From a candidate division WOR-3 bacterium UBA6260 (GTDB taxonomy: Bacteria > Hydrothermota > 32-111): a DNA stretch of 64,000 bases. Within the stretch, counting starts at the first letter, position 1; the number at the start of each line of letters is the position of its first letter. Positions 8,855 to 17,549 of the stretch are shown one piece after another. The notes under the pieces were generated by a model. It was not told where the DNA came from. It did not search any database and saw nothing but the letters and a program-made list of their open reading frames with translations. The translations under genes were made by a program, and so were the position numbers. The stretch is from positions 153,383-217,382 of the forward strand of contig DJVI01000003.1 of NCBI GenBank assembly GCA_002441125.1, written 5' to 3'.

Positions 8855-10513
8855 TCAAACCTCAAACTCTACATACAATCTGTCAGTATCGTTGATCCAT
8901 TCCTTTATCAACTTTGAAGAATCATACTCTCCTTTTTTGACAAACTCTCTTTTTTTAACCGTTCCAGCGGGGAAGACCTTTTTTATGATTTCTTCATTTA
9001 TGTTGTTTTGATATTTTTGTAGTTCAACAAAATATTTTTCAATTTCCGATAACGGTATCGAAACATAATCGAGTAAAAAATTGAAAATAATATCGTTTAA
9101 TTTTATACCATACTTTTGCAGTAAATTTTTATAATAATTTTTTCTTATATAAAGTGTTGTTGGCTGTATATTGTAAGATGTGTACCTGTTAAAAAGATCG
9201 AGGATCTCTCTATCATCTATACTGAATTTTCTTTGGAGTGTTATAACTTTTACGATGTTAGATAAAAGTATATTCTTAACGATTGGAAGGTATTCTTTTT
9301 TTTCATAAATTCTATCAAGATCATCTATAAGAACGATGTCCGATTCATTTAAAAATTTCATCACATAAAAATTGTTAGATGCCTGCTCAATGTTATCTTT
9401 GTTGATGAATATTACCCTTTTATCTGTTAGATTATTAAAAAGTGCGTTCAGAATGTGTGTTTTCCCGGTTCCAGAACTTCCGGTTATTAGAACTATCTTA
9501 TCGACATTTACACCATTAATTATCTCGTTAATTTTGTTAACAACATGTCTGTTGGAAGAATCTATTATAAAATTATCCATATTCATCAGAATACTCGATT
9601 CTTTTTCAAAGAAGGAAAAATAGTTTATCTTTTCTTTTAAAACATTTATCTTCTCTCGTAAAATTTCAACTCTATCTGGATCAAAGAGCATTGTTTCAAT
9701 CTCTTTAGATTCAGCTTTAAACTTTTTTACATTCAAAAGACCATACTCTTTATGGAGTTCAACGAGTTTTTTTACATTTTCTGTAAACTTTTCAAATTCC
9801 CTTTTTATCTGCCCTATATCTTTTGAATTTATAACATTTTTAAGATTTTCAACATTGAAACCTTTCATCTCCCAAACATAAAGTTTTTCGATAAATTCTT
9901 CTCTATTTTCCTGTTCATCAAGCTTTTCTTCAACTCCAGCTTCTTTTTTCACCTGACTTATAAAATCTACAAAATTTATAAAATTGTTCTCATTTTTCTT
10001 CTCTTTTATCAGGTTATAGATTTTTGACTTTTGTAAAAAGAGTTTTATCCTATCAATATTTTTTATCTCATCTATTTTTTTTGATGAAGTTATTAAGAGA
10101 AAAGAGTTAGATTTTAAACTAAAGAAAAGATCCTCTATAATTTTTGAAAGTTCAGGATGTTTTTCTATATCATCAAAATTTTTTACAAGTAGTATATTAG
10201 CGTATGGGAAAATATTTTTGAATTTGACAAGAGTGTCTATCTTTTTCAACTCAAAAACCTGTTTTATATCTATTATAAAAAGATACAATTCTTTATATCT
10301 TTGAGAAAGGTCGAAAAAGAGTTTATCAACAAAATCGTTGGCTGAGTTATCGTTTGAATATATTATAACAGACTTGCTTGTAAGGTAACCTGTAGAAAGA
10401 GTGTAGGAATATTCAGATTTTAAGAATGGATCATTGGGTAAGTTTTCCTTTACCGTCTTTAAATTAAAACATGTAAAATTTTCTTGAAACTCTTTTACTT
10501 CATTTTGGTTCAT
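8855..10513 (-). CDS. DnaA/Hda-like AAA+ ATPase with two ATPase-like modules and no DNA-binding domain IV
   Basis: C-terminal module FIIDSSN..LITGSSGTGKTHILNAL..DIVLIDDLD; N-terminal degenerate module ANILLVKNFDD..FLLITSSK. Confidence 0.7.
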   Translation of the reverse strand: MNQNEVKEFQENFTCFNLKTVKENLPNDPFLKSEYSYTLSTGYLTSKSVIIYSNDNSANDFVDKLFFDLSQRYKELYLFIIDIKQVFELKKIDTLVKFKNIFPYANILLVKNFDDIEKHPELSKIIEDLFFSLKSNSFLLITSSKKIDEIKNIDRIKLFLQKSKIYNLIKEKKNENNFINFVDFISQVKKEAGVEEKLDEQENREEFIEKLYVWEMKGFNVENLKNVINSKDIGQIKREFEKFTENVKKLVELHKEYGLLNVKKFKAESKEIETMLFDPDRVEILREKINVLKEKINYFSFFEKESSILMNMDNFIIDSSNRHVVNKINEIINGVNVDKIVLITGSSGTGKTHILNALFNNLTDKRVIFINKDNIEQASNNFYVMKFLNESDIVLIDDLDRIYEKKEYLPIVKNILLSNIVKVITLQRKFSIDDREILDLFNRYTSYNIQPTTLYIRKNYYKNLLQKYGIKLNDIIFNFLLDYVSIPLSEIEKYFVELQKYQNNINEEIIKKVFPAGTVKKREFVKKGEYDSSKLIKEWINDTDRLYVEFEV

Positions 10514-11115
10514 CTTTTATTTTTTTCAAATCTACTTGTAAGGTTCTTTATAACTGAAAACATAGTTTCTTTTAAAGTCTCAAGGACACCTATACCTTTT
10601 GTTGCAACAGATTCAAAACTCTTCCATTCATTTTTGAGCTGCAATGTTGTTTTTATAGTTTCAATATCCAATGCTGTTGGAATGTCCCTTTTGTTGTACT
10701 GTATTATGAGTGGAATAGTTTCGATAGAGAGATTGTTCTCTTTCAGGTTTACAATTAGATTTTCAAAGGACTCTATGTTATCCTCCATCCTATCAGCCTG
10801 TGAGTCTATTACAAAGACAATTCCGTCCGCTCCCTGTAAAACGAGCTTTCTTGTTGAATCATAATACACCTGACCTGGAACTGTGTAGAGCTGGAACTTT
10901 GCATTAAAGTTACCTATTTTTCCAACATCGAATGGAAGAAAATCAAAAAATAGGGTCCTATCCATTTCGGTTGCGAGTGAAGTCATTTCTCCCCTCTTAT
11001 CAGGTGGTATTCTACTGAATATATATTGAAGGTTTGTTGTTTTTCCAGATCTGCCTGGTCCATAGTATACAATTTTACAGATTATCTCTTTTTTTGCATA
11101 GTTTACAAGTGACAT
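10510..11115 (-). CDS. mglA: MglA-family small Ras-like GTPase
   Basis: KIVYYGPGRSGKTTNL, DRTLFFDF, LYTVPGQVYY, DGIVFVIDSQ, QYNKRD, ESVA; start placed at ATG 11115 after GAGG. Confidence 0.93.
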   Translation of the reverse strand: MSLVNYAKKEIICKIVYYGPGRSGKTTNLQYIFSRIPPDKRGEMTSLATEMDRTLFFDFLPFDVGKIGNFNAKFQLYTVPGQVYYDSTRKLVLQGADGIVFVIDSQADRMEDNIESFENLIVNLKENNLSIETIPLIIQYNKRDIPTALDIETIKTTLQLKNEWKSFESVATKGIGVLETLKETMFSVIKNLTSRFEKNKR

Positions 11116-11122
11116 ATTTACC

Positions 11123-12226
11123 TCAATCACCTTTTATTGTGTTGAAAACATCCGAATCACTTGAATCGATTCCTCTTAATTTTAACTTGAACTCATCAAC
11201 ATTTGTTACAGCTTGTATCGCTTCATCGTAAGAAATTATTCCACTCTTATAGAGTCTCATAATAGATTGATCGAAGGTGTGCATCTGGTACATAGCACCC
11301 TCTTCTATAGCAGTTGGAATAAGAAGAGTTTTAATTGGGTCAAGTAGATACTCTTTTATTGTTGGAGTATTAATCATAACCTCCGTTGCTGGGACTCTTC
11401 CCTTTCCATCTATTCTTGGAAGCAATCTTAAAGATACAACACCAACAAGTGTTGTTGCTAAAAGAACCCTTATATGCTGTTGCTGATGTGGAGGATAGAA
11501 TGAGAGTATTCTGTTAATAGTTTCCGATGCGTTCAATGTATGTAATGTTGAAAGAACGAGATGTCCAGTATCAGCAGCTTTTATGGCAACATCCATAGTA
11601 TCAACATCCCTTATCTCTCCCATGAGTATAATATCTGGGTCCTGCCTCAAAACATGTTTTAAGGCGCTTTCATAGGAATTTGTATCGTTATTAACTTCTC
11701 TCTGTGAAATAACTGATTTTTTATCCCTAAAAAGATACTCTATAGGATCCTCTATCGTAATTATATTTTTTGAATAGTTTTCATTTATGTATTCGATCAT
11801 CGCAGCAAGAGTTGTAGATTTTCCTGAACCTGTTGTTCCTGTAGTTAATATCATTCCTCTCGGTCTTTCAGCCATTTCTTTTAAAACTGGTGGAAGATTC
11901 AATTCATCAATAGATTTCGCTGATATAGGTATTGTTCTCATAGCAATAGCAACACTTCCCCTCTGAAGGTAAACATTGACTCTGAACCTTGATAAACCTG
12001 CAACTCCTATTGCGAAATCTATCTCCTTTTTTGCTGCAAACTCTTCCTGTTGATTTTTGGTCATTATTTTCAAAGCAATATTTTTCAACTCATCTGGACT
12101 CATCGGTTCTTCTTTCAAAATCTGTAATTTTCCATCTATCCTTAAAATTGGAGGAGTCCCAGCTTTCAAATGAAGATCTGATGCTCCATCCTTAACCATC
12201 TTTTCAAGTAAGGTTTTCAATTCCAT
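11123..12226 (-). CDS. PilT/PilU-family type IV pilus retraction ATPase (PilU-like: lacks AIRNLIRE)
   Basis: ASDLHL, GTTGSGKSTTLAAM, TIEDPIEY, LRQDPDIILMGEIRD, TGHLVLSTLHT, MHTFDQS. Confidence 0.92.
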   Translation of the reverse strand: MELKTLLEKMVKDGASDLHLKAGTPPILRIDGKLQILKEEPMSPDELKNIALKIMTKNQQEEFAAKKEIDFAIGVAGLSRFRVNVYLQRGSVAIAMRTIPISAKSIDELNLPPVLKEMAERPRGMILTTGTTGSGKSTTLAAMIEYINENYSKNIITIEDPIEYLFRDKKSVISQREVNNDTNSYESALKHVLRQDPDIILMGEIRDVDTMDVAIKAADTGHLVLSTLHTLNASETINRILSFYPPHQQQHIRVLLATTLVGVVSLRLLPRIDGKGRVPATEVMINTPTIKEYLLDPIKTLLIPTAIEEGAMYQMHTFDQSIMRLYKSGIISYDEAIQAVTNVDEFKLKLRGIDSSDSDVFNTIKGD

Positions 12227-12235
12227 ATTCTCTCC

Positions 12236-12796
12236 TTATTGAACTCTTTCAACATATTCGCCTGTTCTCGTATCGATTCTTATTTTATCTCCAACATTTA
12301 AAAAGAGAGGTACTGTAACCTTTAGACCAGTATCACAAACAGCAGGTTTGCTTCCTCCAGAGACAGTATTCCCTCTCACTCCGGGCTCAGTTTCAACAAT
12401 TTCAAGTTCTACGAATATTGGCACATCGATATCTATGACTCTATCCCCGACAGAAAGAAGTGTTACATCCATATTCTCTTTCAGATAAAATTTTTTTTCC
12501 TGCAAAATATCCTCTCCAACACTTATCTGCTCAAATGTTTCATTGTTCATAAAAACATATTCTTCGCCATCCCTGTACAAAAACTGGAAAGGATTCCTTT
12601 CAAGTTTTATCTCGTTTAAACTCTTTCCAGAATCGAAAGTCATATCAACGATATTACCATTCTCAAGATTCCTCAACTTTGTTCTAACAAAAGCTCCCCC
12701 TTTTCCAGGTTTAACATGTTGAAAATCTATCACAAGATAGATCTTCCCTTCATATTCGAATGCAAACCCTTTTCTAATATCTGCCGTTGTAGCCAT
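12236..12796 (-). CDS. efp: Elongation factor P
   Basis: HVKPGKGGAFVRTKLRNL, PGVRGNT, VPLFL..GDKIRIDTRTGEYVER. Confidence 0.98.
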   Translation of the reverse strand: MATTADIRKGFAFEYEGKIYLVIDFQHVKPGKGGAFVRTKLRNLENGNIVDMTFDSGKSLNEIKLERNPFQFLYRDGEEYVFMNNETFEQISVGEDILQEKKFYLKENMDVTLLSVGDRVIDIDVPIFVELEIVETEPGVRGNTVSGGSKPAVCDTGLKVTVPLFLNVGDKIRIDTRTGEYVERVQ

Positions 12797-12806
12797 TAAA
12801 CCTCCA

Positions 12807-14243
12807 TCACTTTTTTCTTTGATTTATGAATTTTATCCATTCTTGAAAGTTCCCATCAAAGGAAACATTCTCATTTTTCTTCTCATCTTTTCTATTTTCT
12901 TCTTTTTTTTCTTCAACTTTTTCTTCCTTCGGCTCTTCGGTTGTAACTTTTGAACTATCCTCTTTTTTCAAATTGAAATCAACTTCTTTCTTTTCCTCTA
13001 TTTCAGGTTCTTTTTCATCATTTGCTTTCTTTTCTGTTTTTTCCTCTATATTTTCATCAATCTTTTTTTCTTCATCTTTGGAAATGGAATCAACTGCACC
13101 AAACTTTTTCTCAAAATCTTTTTTCTCCTCATCTGTGACACTTTCAACAGACAAAGTTTTATTCCACCTTTCTATAAGTTCAGCCCTGTTCTCTTTCTTC
13201 TCTTCATTGTTATCTTTAAACATCTCCTCATCTACTTCCTCTTTTATCATAAGCTCCCTAAGTGTTCTAATTTTTTCAGCATACTTTTCTTCCTCTGGAT
13301 TTTGGCGGAGAAGTACCTGATATATCTCCAGAGCTTTTTCATATTTTTTCTGCTCTATATAAATATTAGCTATCTCCTCTGAAAAATATTGATATTTTTT
13401 AGCACCACTCAATTCATAAGGTATTATTTTTTTCTCTTCAACTTTCCCCTCTTTTTTTAAAAAAGGATCAACATCTTTCTTTATAAACTTTTCTTCATCA
13501 ATAATATTAAGTTCTTTACTTTCAACAACATTCTCTTTTTTTTCATCTTCATCTTTTTTCAAATCGTAGGATTTTTTTGATCCTTCAAATTCTTTTTCTT
13601 TGTTTTTTTCTATCTCTTTTTCTTGAACTGCTTTTTCCTTTTTCTTTTCCTTCATTTCTTCTTTCTTTTCTTCATCATCAAAACTTATAACATTTGAAGA
13701 ATGTTGAATTATAAAATCATCAATTATATTTTTCTCTTCCTTTTCATCCTTTTGAACAACCTCTTTTTTCTCTTCCTCTTTCTTTAAAATTTTCTCCCTT
13801 TCCTCTTGTATCCTTTTCTCTTCATCGATTTTTCCATTTATTATTTTAATTTCCCTCTTCGCATCCTCATTCAACGGGTCAAGGAAAATTATCGTATCAT
13901 ACAATTTTAAAGCTTCCTGAAGATTACCTTCCCTTTTCCTTATTTCGGCAAGTTCATTGAGTGCAACAATGTTCTGTGGGTCAAGTTTTATAACCTTTTC
14001 AAAATTTTTTGAAGAGTTGGTAAAATCTTTTTTTTCTTTAAGAGCTTTTCCCATAAGTACAAGTGCTGAAACATTATCAGAATTATACCTTAACCCTTCC
14101 TTTAAAACTGAAATGGCATCATCAACCATACCTATTTTAATATAAATGTTTGCAAGTTTTATAAAAGATTTCGACTTTGGATTTTTAGCAATATCTTCAA
14201 GTAACTCTTTTATCTCTTTCTCATACATACTATAAGAATTCAA
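12807..14243 (-). CDS. TPR protein with long acidic low-complexity regions
   Basis: N-terminal TPRs (KLANIYIKIGMVDDAISVLKEGL, VIKLDPQN), internal TPR EEIANIYIEQKKYEKALEIY, C-terminal FQEWIKFI. Start moved to TTG 14243 (GGAGG upstream) because the longer ORF-track start overlaps a consensus promoter. Confidence 0.75.
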   Translation of the reverse strand: MNSYSMYEKEIKELLEDIAKNPKSKSFIKLANIYIKIGMVDDAISVLKEGLRYNSDNVSALVLMGKALKEKKDFTNSSKNFEKVIKLDPQNIVALNELAEIRKREGNLQEALKLYDTIIFLDPLNEDAKREIKIINGKIDEEKRIQEEREKILKKEEEKKEVVQKDEKEEKNIIDDFIIQHSSNVISFDDEEKKEEMKEKKKEKAVQEKEIEKNKEKEFEGSKKSYDLKKDEDEKKENVVESKELNIIDEEKFIKKDVDPFLKKEGKVEEKKIIPYELSGAKKYQYFSEEIANIYIEQKKYEKALEIYQVLLRQNPEEEKYAEKIRTLRELMIKEEVDEEMFKDNNEEKKENRAELIERWNKTLSVESVTDEEKKDFEKKFGAVDSISKDEEKKIDENIEEKTEKKANDEKEPEIEEKKEVDFNLKKEDSSKVTTEEPKEEKVEEKKEENRKDEKKNENVSFDGNFQEWIKFINQRKK

Positions 14244-14274
14244 AATTCCTCCAATAATTACTATTAAAATATAA

Positions 14275-14303
14275 ATTATAATTAAAATAAACAAAAGTGT
14301 CAA
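14275..14303 (-). promoter_or_regulatory. Sigma70-type promoter for the TPR-efp-pilT/U-mglA...recA operon
   Basis: Minus strand TTGACA (14303-14298)-N17-TATAAT (14280-14275), perfect consensus. Confidence 0.75.
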
Positions 14304-14316
14304 CAATTCTTTTGTA

Positions 14317-14344
14317 TTGATTCTTGTTAAAAATATTATATAAT
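14317..14344 (+). promoter_or_regulatory. Sigma70-type promoter, probably leaderless, for the stand-alone receiver gene
   Basis: TTGATT-N16-TATAAT, ATG 6 nt downstream at 14351, no Shine-Dalgarno. Confidence 0.5.
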
Positions 14345-14350
14345 TTTTTT

Positions 14351-14716
14351 ATGAAAAAGATTATTGTTGTTGAAGATGATCCAGATATCGTTGAACTGGT
14401 TACAGATATCCTTTCAGACAGTTACCAGATAACTTATGAAACTGATGTTGAAAAATTGTTTAAAAGGACAGATATGGAAACATTCGATCTTATAATAACT
14501 GATTTCCTTTTGGAAAAATACTCTGCAAAAGATATAACAGAAAAATACAAAAATAAAAAATTTCTTATAATTTCTGCTTTATCTGTTAATTCTTCAAAAA
14601 TCTCATCTTTAGTTGATAACAAGAAAATTTTTTATCTCCAAAAGCCTTTCGTTGTAGATGATTTGATGGATAAAGTGGATAATATTCTTAAGTTAACTTT
14701 TCGAAACTTTTCATAA
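14351..14716 (+). CDS. Single-domain response regulator receiver (CheY-like)
   Basis: IIVVEDD, FDLIITD (phosphoacceptor Asp), IISA, YLQKPF; start placed at ATG 14351. Confidence 0.8.
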   Translation: MKKIIVVEDDPDIVELVTDILSDSYQITYETDVEKLFKRTDMETFDLIITDFLLEKYSAKDITEKYKNKKFLIISALSVNSSKISSLVDNKKIFYLQKPFVVDDLMDKVDNILKLTFRNFS

Positions 14717-15323
14717 TTTCTTTATACTCTTCACCTTTCAACATACTTTGAAAATGGTCAAGTGATAGATAGATATAAATTACAGCAAAAAGTGAAGACA
14801 TCCCAACATATATAGTGCTATAGTTCTTCCAGTAGAGAATTATTGGAAAAATGGAAAAGAGTATCAAACCAAGTAATGCTGGTCTTTTTATTATAGGCGT
14901 TAGCACCATAAAAATAAAAAGATAAGATATCAGAATCTCCGGGAAAATTGCAAGGAGTGCACCTAAAGTTGTTGAGAGCCCTTTTCCTCCCTTAAAATTC
15001 AGAAATATAGGAAAAACATGACCCAAGACTGAAACAAGACCAGAAAAAACTGTTAAAAGATCTTTCTGAATTAGATTGTCGGGACAAAATTTTCTGACAA
15101 GTATAACAGGCAAAGCTCCTTTAGAAATATCAAATATCAATGTTAAAATACCTATAATTTTACCACCTTCAATAAGAACATTAGTAGCACCTATATTTTT
15201 TCTTTTCCCTTCTTTTCTTATATCTTTTCCAGTTTTTAACTTATAAAATAGATAACCTGAAGGGAAAGAGCCGACAAGGTAAGAAAAGAACAAAATCAAA
15301 AATAAATATATGTACACTTTCAT
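14688..15323 (-). CDS. plsY: Glycerol-3-phosphate acyltransferase
   Basis: SYLVGSFPSG, DIR..G..NIGATNV, DISKG, LGHVFPIFLNFKGGKGLST. Confidence 0.92.
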   Translation of the reverse strand: MKVYIYLFLILFFSYLVGSFPSGYLFYKLKTGKDIRKEGKRKNIGATNVLIEGGKIIGILTLIFDISKGALPVILVRKFCPDNLIQKDLLTVFSGLVSVLGHVFPIFLNFKGGKGLSTTLGALLAIFPEILISYLFIFMVLTPIIKRPALLGLILFSIFPIILYWKNYSTIYVGMSSLFAVIYIYLSLDHFQSMLKGEEYKEIMKSFEKLT

Positions 15324-15330
15324 ATAAAAT

Positions 15331-15362
15331 AAAAGAGGGCTTTTTTAAAGCCCTCTTTTTTT
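15331..15362. terminator. Intrinsic terminator after pilQ (bidirectional-looking)
   Basis: AAAAGAGGGCTTT (15331-15343) / AAAGCCCTCTTTT (15347-15359) inverted repeat with flanking A/T tracts. Confidence 0.75.
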
Positions 15363-15363
15363 G

Positions 15364-16965
15364 TTATTTTACTTCTCTTATTATATGCGGTGTTATGAAT
15401 ATCAAAACTTCTTTATTGTTCTTTGAAGAAATATCCCTCTTGAATAGATGTCCTAAAATAGGAATCGCTCTTAGAATCGGTATTCCACTTTCAGATCTCT
15501 GATCCTCCTGCAATATGAAACCTCCCATAACAACAGTTTCACCATCTGAAACCATCTGAACAGTTTTAGCCTGTGTTTTATTTATTATTGGTTGACCAGC
15601 AGCATCTGCAGTAACTGTTGAAAGCTCAGCTTCTATTTCGAGAGTTATATCCTCAGATGAGTTAACATGTGGCACAACATTTAAAATAGTACCAACTGTG
15701 TATTTTGTATAGTTAACTGTTCCATCAGTGTTAATTGTAGTTAAGAAGAATTCTTTTCCACCAAGTATGTTCGCTTGGGTGTTGTTAGTTGTTGTTATTC
15801 TTGGATTTGATACTGTTTTAGATTTACCAACAACCTCAAGAGCATCAAGTTTTGCACTCAACTGACCAAAATCCCTTGTTGTTCCTATACTAACAGTTCC
15901 AGAAGTTGCACTTGAAGGACCCACACCTTGTATACCTCCACCAAGAGTAACCTGATTTATTCCAACATTGTTTAAAGTCCATGATATTCCAAGTTCTTTT
16001 GAATTGTTTAACTGGATCTCAACAACTTTTACAACAATTTCAACCTGAAGATTTTTCTTATCAAGGTCCTCTATTATACCCTGTATCCTGCTTTGAACAT
16101 CCTGAATATCTTTGACTATTATAGAGTTTGTTCTCTCATCTATTGTTATTATTCCCCTTTTTGAAAGAACAGGTCTTAAAGCGTTCTGTAAAACTTTAGG
16201 GTTTGCAAATTCCAACTTATACACTGTTGTTATAAGTGGCAAAGCATCCTGCATTGCTGTTTGTTCAGAAGAAAATTCTTTGTATGTCCCAACTCTTATC
16301 ATATTTGGGTATTCTTGATATGTTAAACCAGCGAGTCTTGTTACCATATCGAATATATCCTTCCATGGGACATCTTTCACATGCACAGTCACCCTTCCGG
16401 TCACGGAACTTGAAATAACAAGGTTGACTCCAACATAGTCAGCTATTCCTCTCAAAAGTGTTACAACATCAGCATTCTCAACATCGAGAGAGATTAAAAA
16501 GTCAGAATTTTTATTTGTAGCACCTTCCATTTGTTCTTTTGCTTCAGGTTTTGAAAGGGATGCCTTCCATAGTGGAATATCTGTCTTTGCTGTTTTATCG
16601 AGTGTTATCACTATGTCATTTCCTTTGTACTCTTTAGAATATGAATACTTATCATCAGTCTCAATCATAATCCTTAAAAAGTTTGTCTCATAATCTTTTA
16701 TGATCTCAAAAGAAACTATTCCAGACCCATTGTTAACTTTATAGTATCCACCATTCAAACCATTATCTATACCGATAAGGTCTATCACTATCATGTTCGG
16801 TGAAGTTATCGAAAAATCAGTAAAATTGGCAACCTTGTCAAGTGAAAATCTTACCTGTGTTTTACCGGCAGATGTGTTAACCTCTATATCGTTAAGAAGC
16901 CCTAAGGAGAAAGCAGAAAGAGAAAGAAAAAGAACAAAGGACAAAATAAAGATTCTCTTAACCAT
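15364..16965 (-). CDS. pilQ: Type IV pilus secretin with AMIN domain
   Basis: Signal peptide, AMIN-like P..IVIDL, ISLDVENADV, IDERTNSIIVKD, SNPRITT.NN..A.I..G, DGETVVMGG, GIPILRAIPILGHLFK, EVLIFITPHII. Confidence 0.93.
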   Translation of the reverse strand: MVKRIFILSFVLFLSLSAFSLGLLNDIEVNTSAGKTQVRFSLDKVANFTDFSITSPNMIVIDLIGIDNGLNGGYYKVNNGSGIVSFEIIKDYETNFLRIMIETDDKYSYSKEYKGNDIVITLDKTAKTDIPLWKASLSKPEAKEQMEGATNKNSDFLISLDVENADVVTLLRGIADYVGVNLVISSSVTGRVTVHVKDVPWKDIFDMVTRLAGLTYQEYPNMIRVGTYKEFSSEQTAMQDALPLITTVYKLEFANPKVLQNALRPVLSKRGIITIDERTNSIIVKDIQDVQSRIQGIIEDLDKKNLQVEIVVKVVEIQLNNSKELGISWTLNNVGINQVTLGGGIQGVGPSSATSGTVSIGTTRDFGQLSAKLDALEVVGKSKTVSNPRITTTNNTQANILGGKEFFLTTINTDGTVNYTKYTVGTILNVVPHVNSSEDITLEIEAELSTVTADAAGQPIINKTQAKTVQMVSDGETVVMGGFILQEDQRSESGIPILRAIPILGHLFKRDISSKNNKEVLIFITPHIIREVK

Positions 16966-16973
16966 TTATTACC

Positions 16974-17549
16974 TCACTTTTTTTTCTTTGTATCAATATT
17001 CTTAACCAATTTGATAACTTTATTTCTAACAACACCATACTCATCAAGTTTAAAAATAACTGAATCCTGTTCTATTTTTAGAAGTATTCCATTTTTTATT
17101 TTCTGTCCTTCGTAAAATATGAAACCTAACCCTGATGCATCTTTCAACAATGCGAGTTTCCCATTTTTGCCTTTTATCATTCCAAAATACATCGCACTCT
17201 CTATATCAATTTGAACTTTCCCTTCCCTCTGTTGTTCAAGTATTGAAACGAAAGGATCATTTTTTGTTTTTGTTTTAAAAGTGTATGTTTCGATTGTAAA
17301 GGGAAGAGTTGTTGTAGTATCGTACGGTAAAGAATCTGAAACAGTTTCCTGATTCTGTGTTTCAACATTCGTATCCGAATTTGAAACCAAACTGTCGGTA
17401 GTTTTTGTATTACCCTTTGGTGTTAACGCTTTGGAAGATTTTTCTATTGCTGAATTTACAGGATTTCCCCTTGAGCATGATATAAAAGAGAATATCAAAA
17501 AAAGCGTTAACGATAAAAGAAGGATTGATCTATTTTTTCTTTTTAACAT
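16974..17549 (-). CDS. pilP: PilP-like pilus assembly lipoprotein
   Basis: Lipobox-like FISC, DPFVSIL, ALLKDASGLGFI; position between pilO and pilQ. Confidence 0.7.
   Translation of the reverse strand: MLKRKNRSILLLSLTLFLIFSFISCSRGNPVNSAIEKSSKALTPKGNTKTTDSLVSNSDTNVETQNQETVSDSLPYDTTTTLPFTIETYTFKTKTKNDPFVSILEQQREGKVQIDIESAMYFGMIKGKNGKLALLKDASGLGFIFYEGQKIKNGILLKIEQDSVIFKLDEYGVVRNKVIKLVKNIDTKKKK

Noticed and set aside
12840-13860. Repeat-like T/C-rich tract
   Set aside because: It is the coding sequence of an E/K-rich low-complexity linker; there is no fixed-length repeat or spacer pattern, so it is not a CRISPR array or VNTR.
14229-14306. Apparent N-terminal transmembrane anchor (MLTLLFILIIIYILIVIIGG) on the big TPR protein
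   Set aside because: These codons are the AT-rich perfect -35/-10 promoter and the SD read in frame; the real start is downstream (TTG 14243 or ATG 14228).
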